DNA of 61,584 nucleotides, the filler included, from Choristocarpus tenellus KU-1152 (Eukaryota > Protista > Phaeophyceae): the NCBI GenBank assembly GCA_964200185.2. It is 10 parts of 10 records of this genome, joined end to end, with 100 filler letters (N's around TTAATTAATTAA, not from the genome) between each part and the next. Parts side by side here need not be neighbours in the genome. Positions count along the whole stretch, not along the records: positions 39,192 to 49,153 come from CAXNAD020003240.1; positions 49,254 to 53,319 come from CAXNAD020016396.1; 8 more parts are not named here. One strand, written 5' to 3'. Every line of letters starts with the position of its first letter. Within the stretch, counting starts at the first letter, position 1. The notes below the pieces were generated by a model. The model had not been told where the DNA came from. It ran no database searches and worked only from the letters and a program-made list of their open reading frames with translations. The position numbers and the translations under genes are program-made. Positions 40,158 to 53,319 of this stretch are shown here, one piece after another.

Positions 40158-43100
40158 CTATTTGATGCATCTCTTTTCGTAGCACGTCAAGTTCTTGCAG
40201 CATTGCCTGGATTGTGTGGTGTTTGCAAGGAAAAAACCCAGTATTGGTTGTGATTGGGTGCTCACATTTGAATCAAGAACAAGTACAGTTCGAAGTTTGA
40301 ACCAATGTACCAATGCTAGTTTGAGGGGGTAGATTTGGTTGCCAGTAAGTCCTGTTGCCTTCAAGATTACTTCCTACTTATTAAGGCGCAAGTACACCTC
40401 AAACGTAATTACCTTCTTAGAAATTGAGTTAGATATGACGCATTGCAACGGTATACGTATCAGCTGTTGTCTAGAAATCGTTGTTACAATTGTAAAGGAC
40501 AAGAAATAATAACTTTGATAGTCACAGAAAAGTCTATGATATTGAAGGGCTTAAAAATCTTACCCATCTGTGCTGCACTTCTTGCCCTTCTTGTTACAAC
40601 ACTTTCCCTTCTTGCACTTAGCTTTTTTGTTTTTGTTGGTGTCACGGCAGCATTGCGACTTTGATTTGCATGTCCCAAAGCCTAGATCAAAACATGTGGA
40701 ACCACCTGAAACAAAAAGGTGTACGGTGGTATGTTGTGTTCAGCCTCAGCACCTACGTAAAACACACCTCACTGACCTCGTGTCAGAGTATTTCACTGTC
40801 AAAAGGTAGTTATCAGATATAAAGAGGTGCAGGTCTAAGTTACACTGTGCCAAATAGTATGTTGTGTTATTGGGGCATAACGGATACCAAGGTGTTTCGT
40901 AAGACAAGGATGGGACTTAACAATCAAAGCTTACTGCTCACATGTAACATCCAAAATAGTCATTTTTTTCTCAGGACAGTAGGTAAACAATACACCTGAT
41001 TTATGTAGTCTTCTATTGCTAAAATTGGTGATTTTCACTTGTGAGAGCAAGAACCTTCGTGAGAACATAATGGACGGACTGCAGATGACCATGCACTTAG
41101 AAGTGAATTCATGCATAACAGATGTTTGCATTACAACGTATTACTTGCAATATTATGATTTGCACCAACATTAACGCGATGAATAGATGCAGTACATTTT
41201 CCAAAATATTCTTTGGGAACTGGAAATATAGTGATTTTAATGTAAATGTATATATATATATATCTTCCCAGCATAAAAAATCAATATAAGCCACATGAAT
41301 TAAGGATGTCTCCATATTGGCAAGTAACTAAAAAGGAGACAAACACACCGTAAACAATATTCGGTTTACGAAATATTAACAATTTTGCACTATGTCTATT
41401 ATTAACACTCGTACACCATCAAACACTCCCCGTGGCTTACCCTGCGTACATATGCCATCATTGCAGACACCTTCACAGCAGTTGGCCAGGTCACACGTTT
41501 CTCCCAGTATTGGACAGGACTTGAAGTTGGCAACCGTGACCTACAAAACAGTTTTAGTTTTCCATTCAGAGTTAAAGATGCTTCACAGATCAAGTACATT
41601 TTAGCTTACGTTTTTTACTAGGCATAAACAATAAAATTTGCATCTCACCATTGCATCGCGGATCCTTTGTGCATTGTTTGCTGTTGCTGTACCGAGTATT
41701 ATGCCTTCGTAACTGATGTCGGGATTGGAGAAATAGTCCACCCTCCGTGCGAAAGAACAGTCTTGTTGGTAGGCCATTATGGTCCGAATTCTTCACAACG
41801 GAGAAGAGATTGGTTAAAAGTGAGTTCATGGTTATTTGATAGAAATTCTGTCCTGGATTTATCATAAATAAAAAAGAAAAACGGTTGACAGTTCTAAAGT
41901 AGATTCCTATATTTTGTTGCATGTCATCGAAGCATGGACCCACTTTATTAAATATACAGTTCCTGTCCTAGATGTTCACACTTTAAAATCAATTTCACCT
42001 CAAAACTGACACCCTTCACACCATACCAACTCAATCCCTATAAAGGCATGCCCATATCAACAACACATTATCCCTGGTTACAAGATATTGGTGATAATAA
42101 AGGGTGTTTTTATTTGTTTCGAACAGACACGCAGTGCATGTTGAGGGTAAAACCACATTCTCATCTAGATACAAACACTTTCAGGATTTGACATTCCTAC
42201 CGTGTCAAGCACGATGGTTCCACATTTTTGGAAAATGATAATATGGTTTCACAAAGTTGCAAAGCATTTCTGCAAAATTAGAGAATAAATCATGATAATA
42301 TTTTCTCTGTCTCGTCTAGATCAAACCTGATAATGTTTAAGCAAATGCCTTCAAATACTCTATACAAAAAAATATACGCTAATTCCTTCTGGCACTACTG
42401 CAAGATGCAGCTCACTTACGGATCGAAACCAAAGCAGTACCGGTACCCATATGCATAGCCTAAACCTTCAGACGCATTTTCGATGTTATGGTGGCAGCCC
42501 AAATTGTGTCCAATCTCATGGGTGTGAGTATGGTAGTCCATACAGGCCTTGTCCGTCACTGAAAATCCATAATCTACACTCCAAGAATAGAGCGGATTAT
42601 TTAAGTACCTGTGACAAAAAATCACACAGTTTTCACGCACAACCGATTGTTAGTAACATCAATATATATTTGAGGATGAGCACGAAGAAACCATCTCTTC
42701 GTGTTTTTGTTTTGTACAAATAAAACATAAGATATTTAGAGAAGTATTTTTCAAGGGCTTCTTCACAAAGCAAAAACATCTGTACTTAGACCTCTGCATA
42801 AACACCTATTAATCCGTTTTTCTCACCCAAGACCACAGTAGTCCGTGAAGACACCAATGAACTGCACTAGGTCAGCACTATATATATCACGCAAGCTGTG
42901 GGCATTTTCCATAGCTCCAGATTGTAAATCATCCAAAGTTTGGACCATATTTGAAGGAGATTCTGTGTAGCTTGTCTTTGCAAACAAGTGTTTTGGTCAC
43001 GACATAGCAGACTTTACGGATCAGAAACCCGAGGGTAAATTCAAAATACTCTAGGGAAAAACACAGCAACCTGCAATAACACAACACACATAACATTTAT

Positions 43101-46100
43101 CAAACTGATGCTGCCTTTGCGACAATGGATGAAGGTTATGTAAACACCAACCACGTAATTGAATGCGAAACACGTGATATTGAATCATGCACAGATTAGT
43201 GGTGTGATTTTAAAATCGATTCTCGGGTGAGTTTTTAGTTTAAGGATACATAGAAGTTCTAACATCTACGACATTCACTTTAACATAGTAGTCAGTGGAT
43301 GAATGTCGTACTCCTTTTTGTATTGTCTTACAAGAATATCTTTTATTCCGATCTCTAACAACTTCTATTTCCGATATCTTACCTTGGCCATGTGCACGAT
43401 TTTAAAGGTAAGATCAACTTCAGAATTTTGAAGTGCCAGGTTGGACCTTTCAAATAATGTGCTGACTTCGGATTCGAACTGTTCCACTGAAGAAACTGTA
43501 GACAATGCACTGTCTGAGTAGAGAAGCAGGACATCAATCTTTATTCACAGACAGGATGGAAGAGAATACAGGAATGAGATGAAATGGTTACGAAGACCTA
43601 GAACTTTAAAGACCTTTCAAGCGGGATGACTTGCTATGTATCGATATGCAACAGTTATAAATTCGCGTTCTCCGTCAAGTCAATATGGCCTCATCATACT
43701 GGTCAAGCTATAATCACTTGAGTTAAGTATGAGAAAGTAGAACTAAATACTAACCTGAGTGCCGTCCACTAGCCTTCGACCGCTGGGCATGACCAAATTG
43801 TTCCTCGAGTGTTGCTTCAGGCCTTCCTCGCGAAACACCATCTTCTCCTTATCACTCACAGACAGATAGTTCTGAACCGTTGTACATGTCATTTAAGATA
43901 ATATTGTCAAGGAACGACCAAGAAGAAATAGTTGACATAATTTGGTGAGTAGATACTACAAAAAAGAACCTTCAAGGCGTTCATCGGACAAAGAATATGA
44001 TTGGGTTTTGGTTGTATCTAGAGTGAAATTAAAATAATGAGCTAGTATGTCTACCATGAATTGTTACAGAACCGATTTACCTTTGTATGAAGCTCAAAAA
44101 CATGAATACATAACTGATCATTAATCTCTAGAAATATTAAGGCAATACAATGAACTCAATTTCCTAACAAATTACTAACGAATGATAGTATACTTTAGTT
44201 GTGATCTTCAAGTTACAGAAGTATGCCAATGTGCATCTGTGGTACATTGGAGTTAAATATTGTTATGTTCAGGTTTGTGTGTATGAGAAATGTTAATGGC
44301 AACCCATGTTCTTTATTCCTAAATCTTGTTTTAAGTCCGCACTTACTTAAGACTAGTTGAAAATTACGAACAAAGGACATTTCTGTAGCCAGTAATAATG
44401 AGTGTGTACATTCCTTTTTTTGAGGCAACCAATACGTAGCAATGACCTTTCCACCACTAAACCATGTTCTGACTACACCTGTAATTGTTGTGTGTAAAAA
44501 GATAATTAGACCTCTGCTGGTATTCTGCAATTAGTTGTTTGAGCAAGCTCAGTATTTGCAGAGCATAAACGTCTGCAATACAAGTTCGATGTATTTGAAA
44601 CAACAGGCATATCTATCCTTGACATTCTATCACTCGGTAATTGCTCGTAGCCTTTTTGAACACTTTAACATTACCATCCTACAAGCAATTATAACAAGAA
44701 TCACAATGTCATCCTTACCTCAAGCATGTTGATGTCTTTCTGCTTAGAATCCAAGTCAGGATTGTTCTGCCTGGTTGCTTCTGCCCCAATTGCTGCATCC
44801 TTACTGAATTTACGAATTAACTGACTCTTCAACTCTAGGCGATCTTCTCGTAGTCCACGATTGAAAGTCTCTTGTCCAGGAACAACAACAGGTTCATTAT
44901 CTTCCTCCTTGTTCGTTCGTTGGATCTAATTTGGAGTATTACGGTGATAAGTATAGTAGTGTTTACATGTGCACAATCCCATGCATAACAAGAGGTTCTG
45001 CCAGGAGTGTGTGGGAAGCTATACGCAAACTGCAGGTTAGAATTCTATCAAGTTGAAGTAAATTTCTACTCAATGATATAAAAAAATCTAATTCAATAGC
45101 CTACCTCGACCATGCAGATGTCGTTGATATCTCCAGCTGGACAAGGCATGGACTTGAGAACAGAAGTTTTGCCGTCGATGGTTGAAGCAGTTATTTTGAG
45201 CAAAAAAGTCTGAGGAGGCAAAATGCACGTAGGAATATTGCAAACAACGAGGGAATGTAAGCTCATGGTCTTCTTACAGTAAAGAAAGGATTGACATTTC
45301 GCAACTCACAGCTCATACTCTGAAGCAGTGTTAGATACTGTTGTGAAATTTTTCCTTCGACCATAGGTTTAAGTATCGAAGTTGGTTGGCAGCTATCCAT
45401 TTGAGGTCAAATTTTTCACGTCACGATTTTTGTGTGATTTGGTTGCATACATCGGATGGAAAATGTAAGTGCACTTCTCCTGGTCAGGGCCCAAATGGAC
45501 TCCCTGAGGTAGACAGCCCTCCCCCCCCAGATACTTTGGGTTGTTATCAATGAATCATTACCAAGTATCTTACTCAGCTTCGAATTGGATATTATTTTCA
45601 ATGCTTTTGTCCACCAGGTACACGGCTCCTTAAGGCTAAGGCAACCGTTGTTCCTTGTCTCACCTCAACAATGCACTCACTGGTCCAGGTCATAGAAACT
45701 GTCCGTAGAGGACTTGTGTTTTCATTTGTTGGTTCGATGACCTCCCCAATCCAAATCTGTTGTAGAAGAGGGTAAAAGAATTGAGATAAATTCCACCCCG
45801 CATTAGCCTTACTACGACAAATGTCTTTGATTAAGTTATTTGTTGATATAGTTAAAGATTCAAAAACGGGTGTTGTTTTCTCTGTTCCCTATTTTTAATC
45901 ATACAAGGAACGAGTTTGTAGTCTAGGGATATCGTGAATTATTTTGATCGGAACCTCGATTTTAAGTGGAAAATCTGTCCCAAATGGCTACAAAAGACTT
46001 GAGGACCAAAACCTCAGTAGCTGTTTGTCTATTTTGTTGAAGGTATTACACAAAAGAGAGCTACTCAAGTAGAGTATTTTGCTTATGTGGTATGGATATG

Positions 46101-47965
46101 TTTATTAGCGGAGTGAGCACAGCCCCCTCGGTGGTGGGGGGTGGGGGTACTTCCTCTTTTTATCTTATTGTTTATTGCATATGTTAGCTGACACATCAAA
46201 ACATGTCCTGCCGTTACATCGTACTATGTCTCCTCCTATCCTGTGGAGCTAGTACTATGTCAGAAATCCTCCAACAATACATATATCAAGTAATAACATA
46301 TCGATCACCTAAGACTCGAACTCATTACTTCACGCACACGAACACGAACCAATGACATTTGTTCTACTTAGTCAACATTTCTGTTGTCTAGGATCGGTCA
46401 CTAGCACCTATAATCTGTATAGACTATCAGCCTATATTGCGCTGGTATCGTGTCCTATCCTCACTTATCCAAACAAGGACCTTGTTTTTGAAGAAGTCAT
46501 TAGGATTTCATCGTTTATCAGGCAGTGCAGTATCTCTTATTCGATTTGACAAGAAAAAAAATGTTTGCATTTGGCTGCGAATTTTGGGGCTCGGCTTGCC
46601 AGGGTATTTTGGACATTTACCTTCTCCGAAATGTTTCAGAATAGGAAAAATGTTTACGTTGTGGAAAGGTGTGTTCAGAACAAGGATATTGATACTTCCT
46701 AACAGAACACAATAGCCTAAATTACATCAAAATCGCAACATTGATTTTGAAACCCAAAGGGACACGCCTCTACCCTCTAACTTTGAAACAGTTGGACACC
46801 TCAGCTCCGAATTCTCACCTTACGAGCTTTACCATTGGAGAATGTCTCCTGTTCTTGCACCGTGAACGATTTTACAGAGGCAAGGACACTCTGCAACAGG
46901 GAATCAAATAGAGCAAAGACGACGTTGAGGGGTTCAGAGAAAGTTATTCATCAAACTGTTGAATTACGCTTGGAATTTTATGACTTGATCGAACAAGCCA
47001 ATCACCGTCAAAGAAAATATGAACAAATATGTGTAAGTATGTGAAGTTATTTCCAAATGTTCTGTGTTCATTCACTTCTTGAAGAGCAATTTTCTGAGGA
47101 TATCACTCTGTAGTAAAATGGAACACAATCACACATCCAATTGAAGTAGGTAATTTGGGCAAACTTGGTCTTGAATCGGGTCAAGATACCCGAACAGTCC
47201 TAGCATACACTAAACTCCTCCGTATTTCCTGACCTCCGAACTGCTAACGGCAAACTGTAGGAGCTGGGCATCTTCGGCCATATCGAGCGTGTCGCAGTCA
47301 AGCCTCCCAAGTTCGATATTCGTCACTTGCAGTTTCGACATAGGGCGAGGGCAGCCAAAACCGGGGAGTTGTGTCTAGTTTTGTTAAACTATTGACAGAG
47401 AACCATTCAAGTTTCAGGTGACCCCCTCAGTTTATCAAACTGAGGGAAATGATAACTATCGTTTCCTCCAGAGAATCAACGCTTGACATGATAAATGGTA
47501 TCGACAAGCATGGGTCGGTAATATTTGATATGAACAGTAGAGTGCTTCCATAGCTTGGGCAGAAAGTGAACAACTGTATTTATGTAGTGATGAGCTTGAG
47601 AATAGGAAAGTCATGGACAAGAAGTCAATGTGCAACTCCAACGATAAGACTCACCTACCCCCTCTAGACCTTTAGTAATTACATCAAACTTATTTAGAGA
47701 GTACGATACCTCTAATACAACACGTTTTTGAACTTACCATTAAATGTTTTCATCTATCGCCTCTATCGCCCTCACCTGTTGCCCACTCATCCTCTTCGAT
47801 GCTGGATTTTATATCGCGTATGACCGAATTGTCGGAGATAGACTCCACGTGATCTAACCCTACAAAGGGAATTCCATCTCTCCCAAGTCGATCTGCATTG
47901 CTAGGTGTAGTACCCAGCACGAACGTTGCGAGCACCAGATGTGCGAATTCCCGAAAGAGTCTCAT
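40158..47965 (-). CDS. Secreted reprolysin-like/peptidyl-Asp-type metzincin metallopeptidase with C-terminal triple cystine-knot-like tail
   Basis: Signal-peptide exon 47776-47965. Prodomain exons at ~47.2, 46.8, 45.7, 45.1, 44.8 kb and 43755-43847 (ends SGRRLVDGTQ). Catalytic exons 43383-43538 (IDVLLLYS), 42827-42975 (RDIYSADLVQ..YCGLG), 42420-42608 (HEIGHNLGCHH, YAYGYRYC), 41649-41790 (Met-turn RTIMAY, YFSNP). Tail exons 41441-41540, 40564-40705, 40158-40206. Phases are consistent from 46.8 kb to the stop; 5' junctions are less certain. Confidence 0.9.
45365..45542 (+). mobile_element. MITE-like family B copy, in peptidase intron
   Basis: GGCAGCTATCCATTTGAGGTCAAATTTTTCA...GATTTGGTTGCATACATCGGATGG...CCAAATGGAC...CCCAGATACTTTGGG. 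Confidence 0.8.
46570..46785 (+). mobile_element. MITE family A, partial, in peptidase intron
   Basis: CCGAAATGTTTCAG...CAAGGATATTGA...ATTACATCAAAATCGCAACATT...CTCTACCCTCTAA. Confidence 0.8.
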
Positions 47966-48249
47966 CACCAATAAACTCTCGCCTTACCTTGCGGCGGCGT
48001 GTCTGTTACGGCAGAGGATTAACGATAGCATGGTATCGAGCAAAGTAGTTAAAGGTACTAACCTTGGCACTGACACATCGCAAGAATGTACGCGTCCAAC
48101 ATACTGACAAAGTTTATAAGTGGTTTTATAATTGTGCTTTGAAGTTGAAACAGAAAAACATTTTTCGATCATTCGATGGTCACCATTGAACTGGCGAGTT
48201 ACGTCCCTTCAGCAAAGAAAATCTGTCCATATCGATCGAAGCGCCTTGG

Positions 48250-48416
48250 TCCGGGAGGGGATTGTACACCAGGGTGTCCATTTGGACCAAAATCGGGAGA
48301 GTATATTTACATCATCCATCCGACATATGCAACCAAATCACCCAAAAATCGCGTTAATGTGAAAAATTGACCCCAAATGGACAGCCGCTACCCCCTCCCC
48401 CAGATACGTGGAGCCA
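48250..48416 (-). mobile_element. MITE-like family B copy upstream of the peptidase gene
   Basis: Reverse-complement copy: GGGTGTCCATTTGG...GCAACCAAATCACCC...GACCCCAAATGGACAGCCG...CCCAGATAC. Confidence 0.8.
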
Positions 48417-49326
48417 AGATGGTAAGATGAACAGTAAACGCCAAACCACCTTGTCTCTTTCTCTTGTGTAACTACTTTAGGAGCGGGGGATTGTAAAAAA
48501 AAGAACTAAAACCCAAAATGTAGTATGAGTGGGTAGCAGCAACTTCGCGTGCCCTCAACGAGCACAAAACCGACTCGTTATCCTCATCAGCACTTCAAAC
48601 GAGATAGTGTAAACTTAAAATAATAGTGGATAAGGCGAGTTTTGGTGTCTCGAGAATAAATAACAATGTATTACAAAGTGAATCATTCCTCAGTTAGTCT
48701 CTTCTTTTTGGAGTGGCATAGGATGTATTGCAAAGATAAACTACCTCCTCGATGTCTTACCTTGATGTCCTTACACCCACCTGATTTGATCGAAAACTGT
48801 ACCAGATGCGTGTGTTACACTGTTCAAATATGGTTAAACTGAGACCAAAGTGGAGCTTGCGATAGGGGATTAAATATGAAATCTGTGTTTGTATGGGGAG
48901 AGTGATTAATTTGAGGGGGATGGATGATACTAATGAAAAGGAACACTTTCGATACACGCAAAAGATTCTTTACGGAGTTTTTATTTGCCATTACCAGAAT
49001 TTGTCTAACTTTTGATCGGAGTCAAGTTCTTAGGTTGGAGTTGGTTGTGGTGCAATGGGCGAGAGGGCTATTTTCCTCACTAAAACCAAGTTACGTAGAC
49101 ATCCGTCCGTCCGTCGTCCAGTACTAGTTCGTCATCACCACATCAACTACAAGNNNNNNNNNNNNNNNNNNNNNNNNNNNNNNNNNNNNNNNNNNNNTTA
49201 ATTAATTAANNNNNNNNNNNNNNNNNNNNNNNNNNNNNNNNNNNNNNNNNNNNCCCCTTCAAGGGTTCTTTTTTTTATTGGTCTCCGACCAGAAAAAGGT
49301 GTCGGACACCCATATTAAAAAGGGTT

Positions 49327-49371
<45 letters not shown>

Positions 49372-50134
49372 GATCAAGGTGAAGTATGGTTGAACGATGC
49401 TCTTGGCGAAAGAGGGCTACAGAGACGAGATATGATTGGACTGAAAATTGCGGTACTAGAGTATTGCTTGCCCAAGCAAGCAAAATACAATACATCTCTC
49501 AAGTACAATACATTTCTCAATTACACACCTTTCTGGGTCCAAATGGATTAAAAAATCCCCCCATGACATGTGGAACTTCTCAGCTATTCCACAGCACATT
49601 ATCAGTTTCATGGGAACAAAAACATACAAAAAATAAAATAAATGGCAAAGTGAGGAAAAAGCCACTCCTTCATTGCACACCTCCAATTATACTCAGCCAG
49701 ACAGGTGCTCCCAACATTGGCCAATCAATGAATAGTCAGCAGTCCCACATCAAGCCAATTACGGTGGAAACAATTTATGTATATATATATATATATTGCC
49801 CTGTCTACTTCACTCTCCTTTACCCTATAATGCAACAAGCATTCAAAAGTTTCAACGCTGTATTCAACACACACAGCTACAGGGAGGATCACAGGAAATT
49901 TCAGGGTAATGATCTCAAGTGTGCAAGTGTGTGCCCTTCAATCACAAGCACACTAAAGGAAGGGCAGCCTTGAATCTCAAGAACACCATTGCATCTCGTC
50001 TCTCTTCTCTGTAACTTATGTTTCTCCCTATGCCTAACACTTTAGATGGGATATGTGGGAAGTAGAAACAATCGTAGCCTCAAATGTTTGGCAAGGAAAG
50101 AGGGGGGACCTTGTTTAGGCGAGAAAATGTTCAC

Positions 50135-51064
50135 CTTATTCCCCTCCACACCGATTTGAATCAGTTTAATGCCATTGGCTCTAATGAACTCGTAATTGGC
50201 GTGGGGAAGGTCCTCGATCACTAGGGTGCTGGAAATGGTAGTTGGGTGACAGGCACGAATGGGCATAACAGCCAGGTATGAGAAATTAGAGGTTGCGCAC
50301 GGGGGCAGGCAAACTTTCAGTCCTTGGTTGGAAACGTTAAGGCTGATGATGTAGGTCAGAAAGGTTGGAGAGAAGACAGGAGTGAATCGAGTATACCATT
50401 GGGAACTGTGTTGTTATGGGACGGGGCTAAATAGGGATCAAGGTAACAATCTCGGCGACATGCCCTCCCGTCAAGACGGGGATCGACAACTACGACATGT
50501 CGGCTGACAGGCTCAGCAGTCCCGTGCTGACTGCTCGACAAAAACACGCAGTTGCGATGTATAAATTGCAACAAATATTTTTGTATTCGCCCTGCAGGCA
50601 TACTCAACATCGTATGCTCCAGCAAAACACATCCATAGACGAGTACTGGTTCTACACGGCTGAAGGAGTACTCACAGGATGGTTCGGAGACCCAGCTTGC
50701 TCAGGAAGGGGAAATGTTTCTTCATGGGAAAAGAGCCTGCTAAGGTTATAAGGTGGGAATAGAGGTTAGTAAGCTGGTCGTTGTGGACGTAAGAGCGCCT
50801 CGATCGAGCCGGTGTCGGCGAACTGCAAGAACTATCTTCTTCTGGAATTCACCAATCTAGACGGGGGGGAGCACCAATCAATTGAGAAATAAAAGGGTTG
50901 AACTCACTTCGATAGATTCCCACATCCACCATTGCAAAGTTGTCTGGAGGGTACAGGTCTTCCATGTCGTATTCCACTTGCCCCGAAGTTCCGTTACCAC
51001 CATTCACTTGAACAAGACCGGTATTGCTGGACACACACACCCCTTCCATTGTTATCTTATGCAA
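50135..51064 (-). CDS. Siw14/PFA-DSP-type atypical dual-specificity (inositol pyrophosphate) phosphatase, 5' part
   Basis: Exons 50908-51064, 50676-50736, 50135-50228: LYPPDNFAMVDVGIYRSSFP...FLSKLGLRTILTL..E....NYEF...NGIKLIQIGVEGNK. The catalytic HC..G..R exon was not found before the contig end. Confidence 0.85.
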
Positions 51065-51871
51065 TGCTGCGGGGTGGCCAAGTCACCAAACGACCTTCCT
51101 GTTGCTGTTTGTCTGGAAGTTCAACTTCTACCTACAACTATTGATTGAAGTCAATAAAAAGTACCCATAGAGAGAGTTTTCACCAGAGCAGTGCTTGGTG
51201 TTGGGACTGGGAACAATGACTCGTCGGTGACCCCCGTTTGGGGCAAAGTTCAATGGCAATATCTGGCGAACCTACACCAATCCTGAGAACATATATTTTC
51301 GTCGTTGATGTCTGCCAACTTCTTACCCTCCAAATCTACCACAATCCTTACACATGACTGATTCGTTCATTGAATATTTTGACATATTTTTTATTATCAT
51401 AGGTGTAACAATCTGTGTTAAACACTAATTTGGACAATATAAAACACTACAATTTAAGCGAGTGTGATAAATTGTCATGTTCGCTAAAAAAATCTCCATA
51501 AGGATGTTGATTGAGACGACTTTGAGGAAATCAAATATTGTTGGAGAGACCACAACACCAATAAACCAGTTGAAATCGAGTGGGCATGAAAACCACTTAC
51601 ATACAGTCTTCATTGAGGAATAACTACCGCTAGCATAATTCCCCATCACACATCTGCTCAAGGACTAGGGCAGGTTCAACTTTACTCCAAGACGTTGACG
51701 GTAATGGATGGTATCTCCTGTTTGGGGGGAGGACAAATTATACAAGAGTGAACAGAATAATGTAGACAGAACAATATTTTTTTATTCCAGACTGCTTGTA
51801 TAATAATTTTAAAAAAAGTCGTAAGGACAGTGCGCCACTCCTCACAATCACTACAACGTGATCGCTAGACC

Positions 51872-51926
51872 TTACAGATGAAGGAGAGAGTTTGTCAGCC
51901 AGGCTGAGAGGTCATCAATGGAGATC
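51872..51926 (-). CDS. Possible terminal exon of an upstream gene (ISIDDLSAWLTNSLLHL*)
   Basis: CAG acceptor followed by an open frame to TAA. It loosely resembles the end of a class II aaRS anticodon-binding domain. Very short. Confidence 0.2.
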
Positions 51927-53192
51927 CTGCTGATACGTCAAGCCAGGTGGTCCAACCAGTAATCCACAACCAAAACAAGTCTACAGTATCTCCACAATGC
52001 CACCCACACCCACAAACAATCAACAGACGAATATAACAATAAAAACAGACCACAAACAAAAATGGTACCCAAGAATATATTGATTGGCGCAAAGTTATGC
52101 ATTATTAGAAGCAGCACCAAAAGCAAACAGCGTGTCCTCAATAGTGACCACCATACTACATGCAGTTGGCATCATCGAGCCTTTCAAAAAGTCATCAACG
52201 TAGGAGACATGACCCTCAGAAGAGATAAGATAGGTCAGAGAGTAGTCCAGAGTCAAAATGAGATGTTCCTTGGGTACTACTCAAACTGCAACATAGGACC
52301 TACAAAAATAGGGCAAGCGCATCACCTTACAACACCCGTAACACAAATTTACCCATTTGCATTCATTTTTGACCAGAACTAAATGAGAAAAATATAGAAG
52401 AGCCCTAGTCACACCCTCAGCACCCCACGTATAGCTATTGGTCCCCTTTTCAAGACCTTTCTTCACTACACAAGACAAAAAATATTTTATCCGCCCATTT
52501 GTCAAAAAAAAAATCATAGTTGCAGTTTAGTCATGGTGGCACAGTATGGCTAAGAAAAATCTGTTGATGGTGCATAATTTGTATATTTTAACTGAACCGT
52601 TCTGCACAATGCATCTCACGCAAACTCTCCACTGCTCTGTATTTCCAAGACATGGTAGAAAATGGGATATTCATTTTACAGATTATCCAGGAGCCAGCCT
52701 GTGAAAATGCTTGCCATACGTTATAATCTGATCTTCACTCATTCAGCATGTTGCCATCTACCATTACCGCAGGCAGTCAAGAGCACAAACTGTGGAAAGA
52801 GCATGGCATTGCATCACATCCCTCACATACACACCATGACGCCATAGCATATTCTCTACTTCACTAAAAAAATGCAGTGAAAGGGCGGTACACACACAGA
52901 CAAATGCACATACAAACACCACCATGGTCCCAAATTTCATCCTGTTCTATCTAATATACGACTGTCTGCTGGATCATTTATATCTTGTGGTGATACATGG
53001 TACAAGGATGACATTACATTACATACGAAGAATTTACATTTTGTTGAAATCACAACAAACTTCACTGATATCTCTTACCCCTAAAAGATTTATTTCTCCT
53101 TCCTGACAGCATGCAGAAAAATGTTGGTGCCCATAATGTATGTATGAATAATTGGAAAAGAAACAATACTAATAAGACCGGGTCTGCCTCAT

Positions 53193-53319
53193 GAGTGAAA
53201 CTATCTCAGAGGGTACGATTTTTGCCCTGTTTGTCCATTTGGGGCTTGGCTTCTCATGGGTTTTAAATGACAATCTACCTACTCCAAAATGTTTCAGAGT
53301 AGGTAAAATGTATGCGGTA
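53193..53319 (+). mobile_element. MITE family A, left half (cut by contig end)
   Basis: GAGTGAAACTATCTCAGAGGGTACGATTTTTGCCCTGTTTGTCCATTTGGGG. Confidence 0.85.

Noticed and set aside
40207-40300. CTC...PCKH SWIM-finger-like translation on the minus strand
   Set aside because: Contains a stop and lies in the last intron of the peptidase, just before a well-supported terminal exon.
17547-47965. Apparent cell-wall remodelling cluster (GT47 + expansin + secreted peptidase)
   Set aside because: The genes lie on different contigs joined artificially, so linkage is unsupported.
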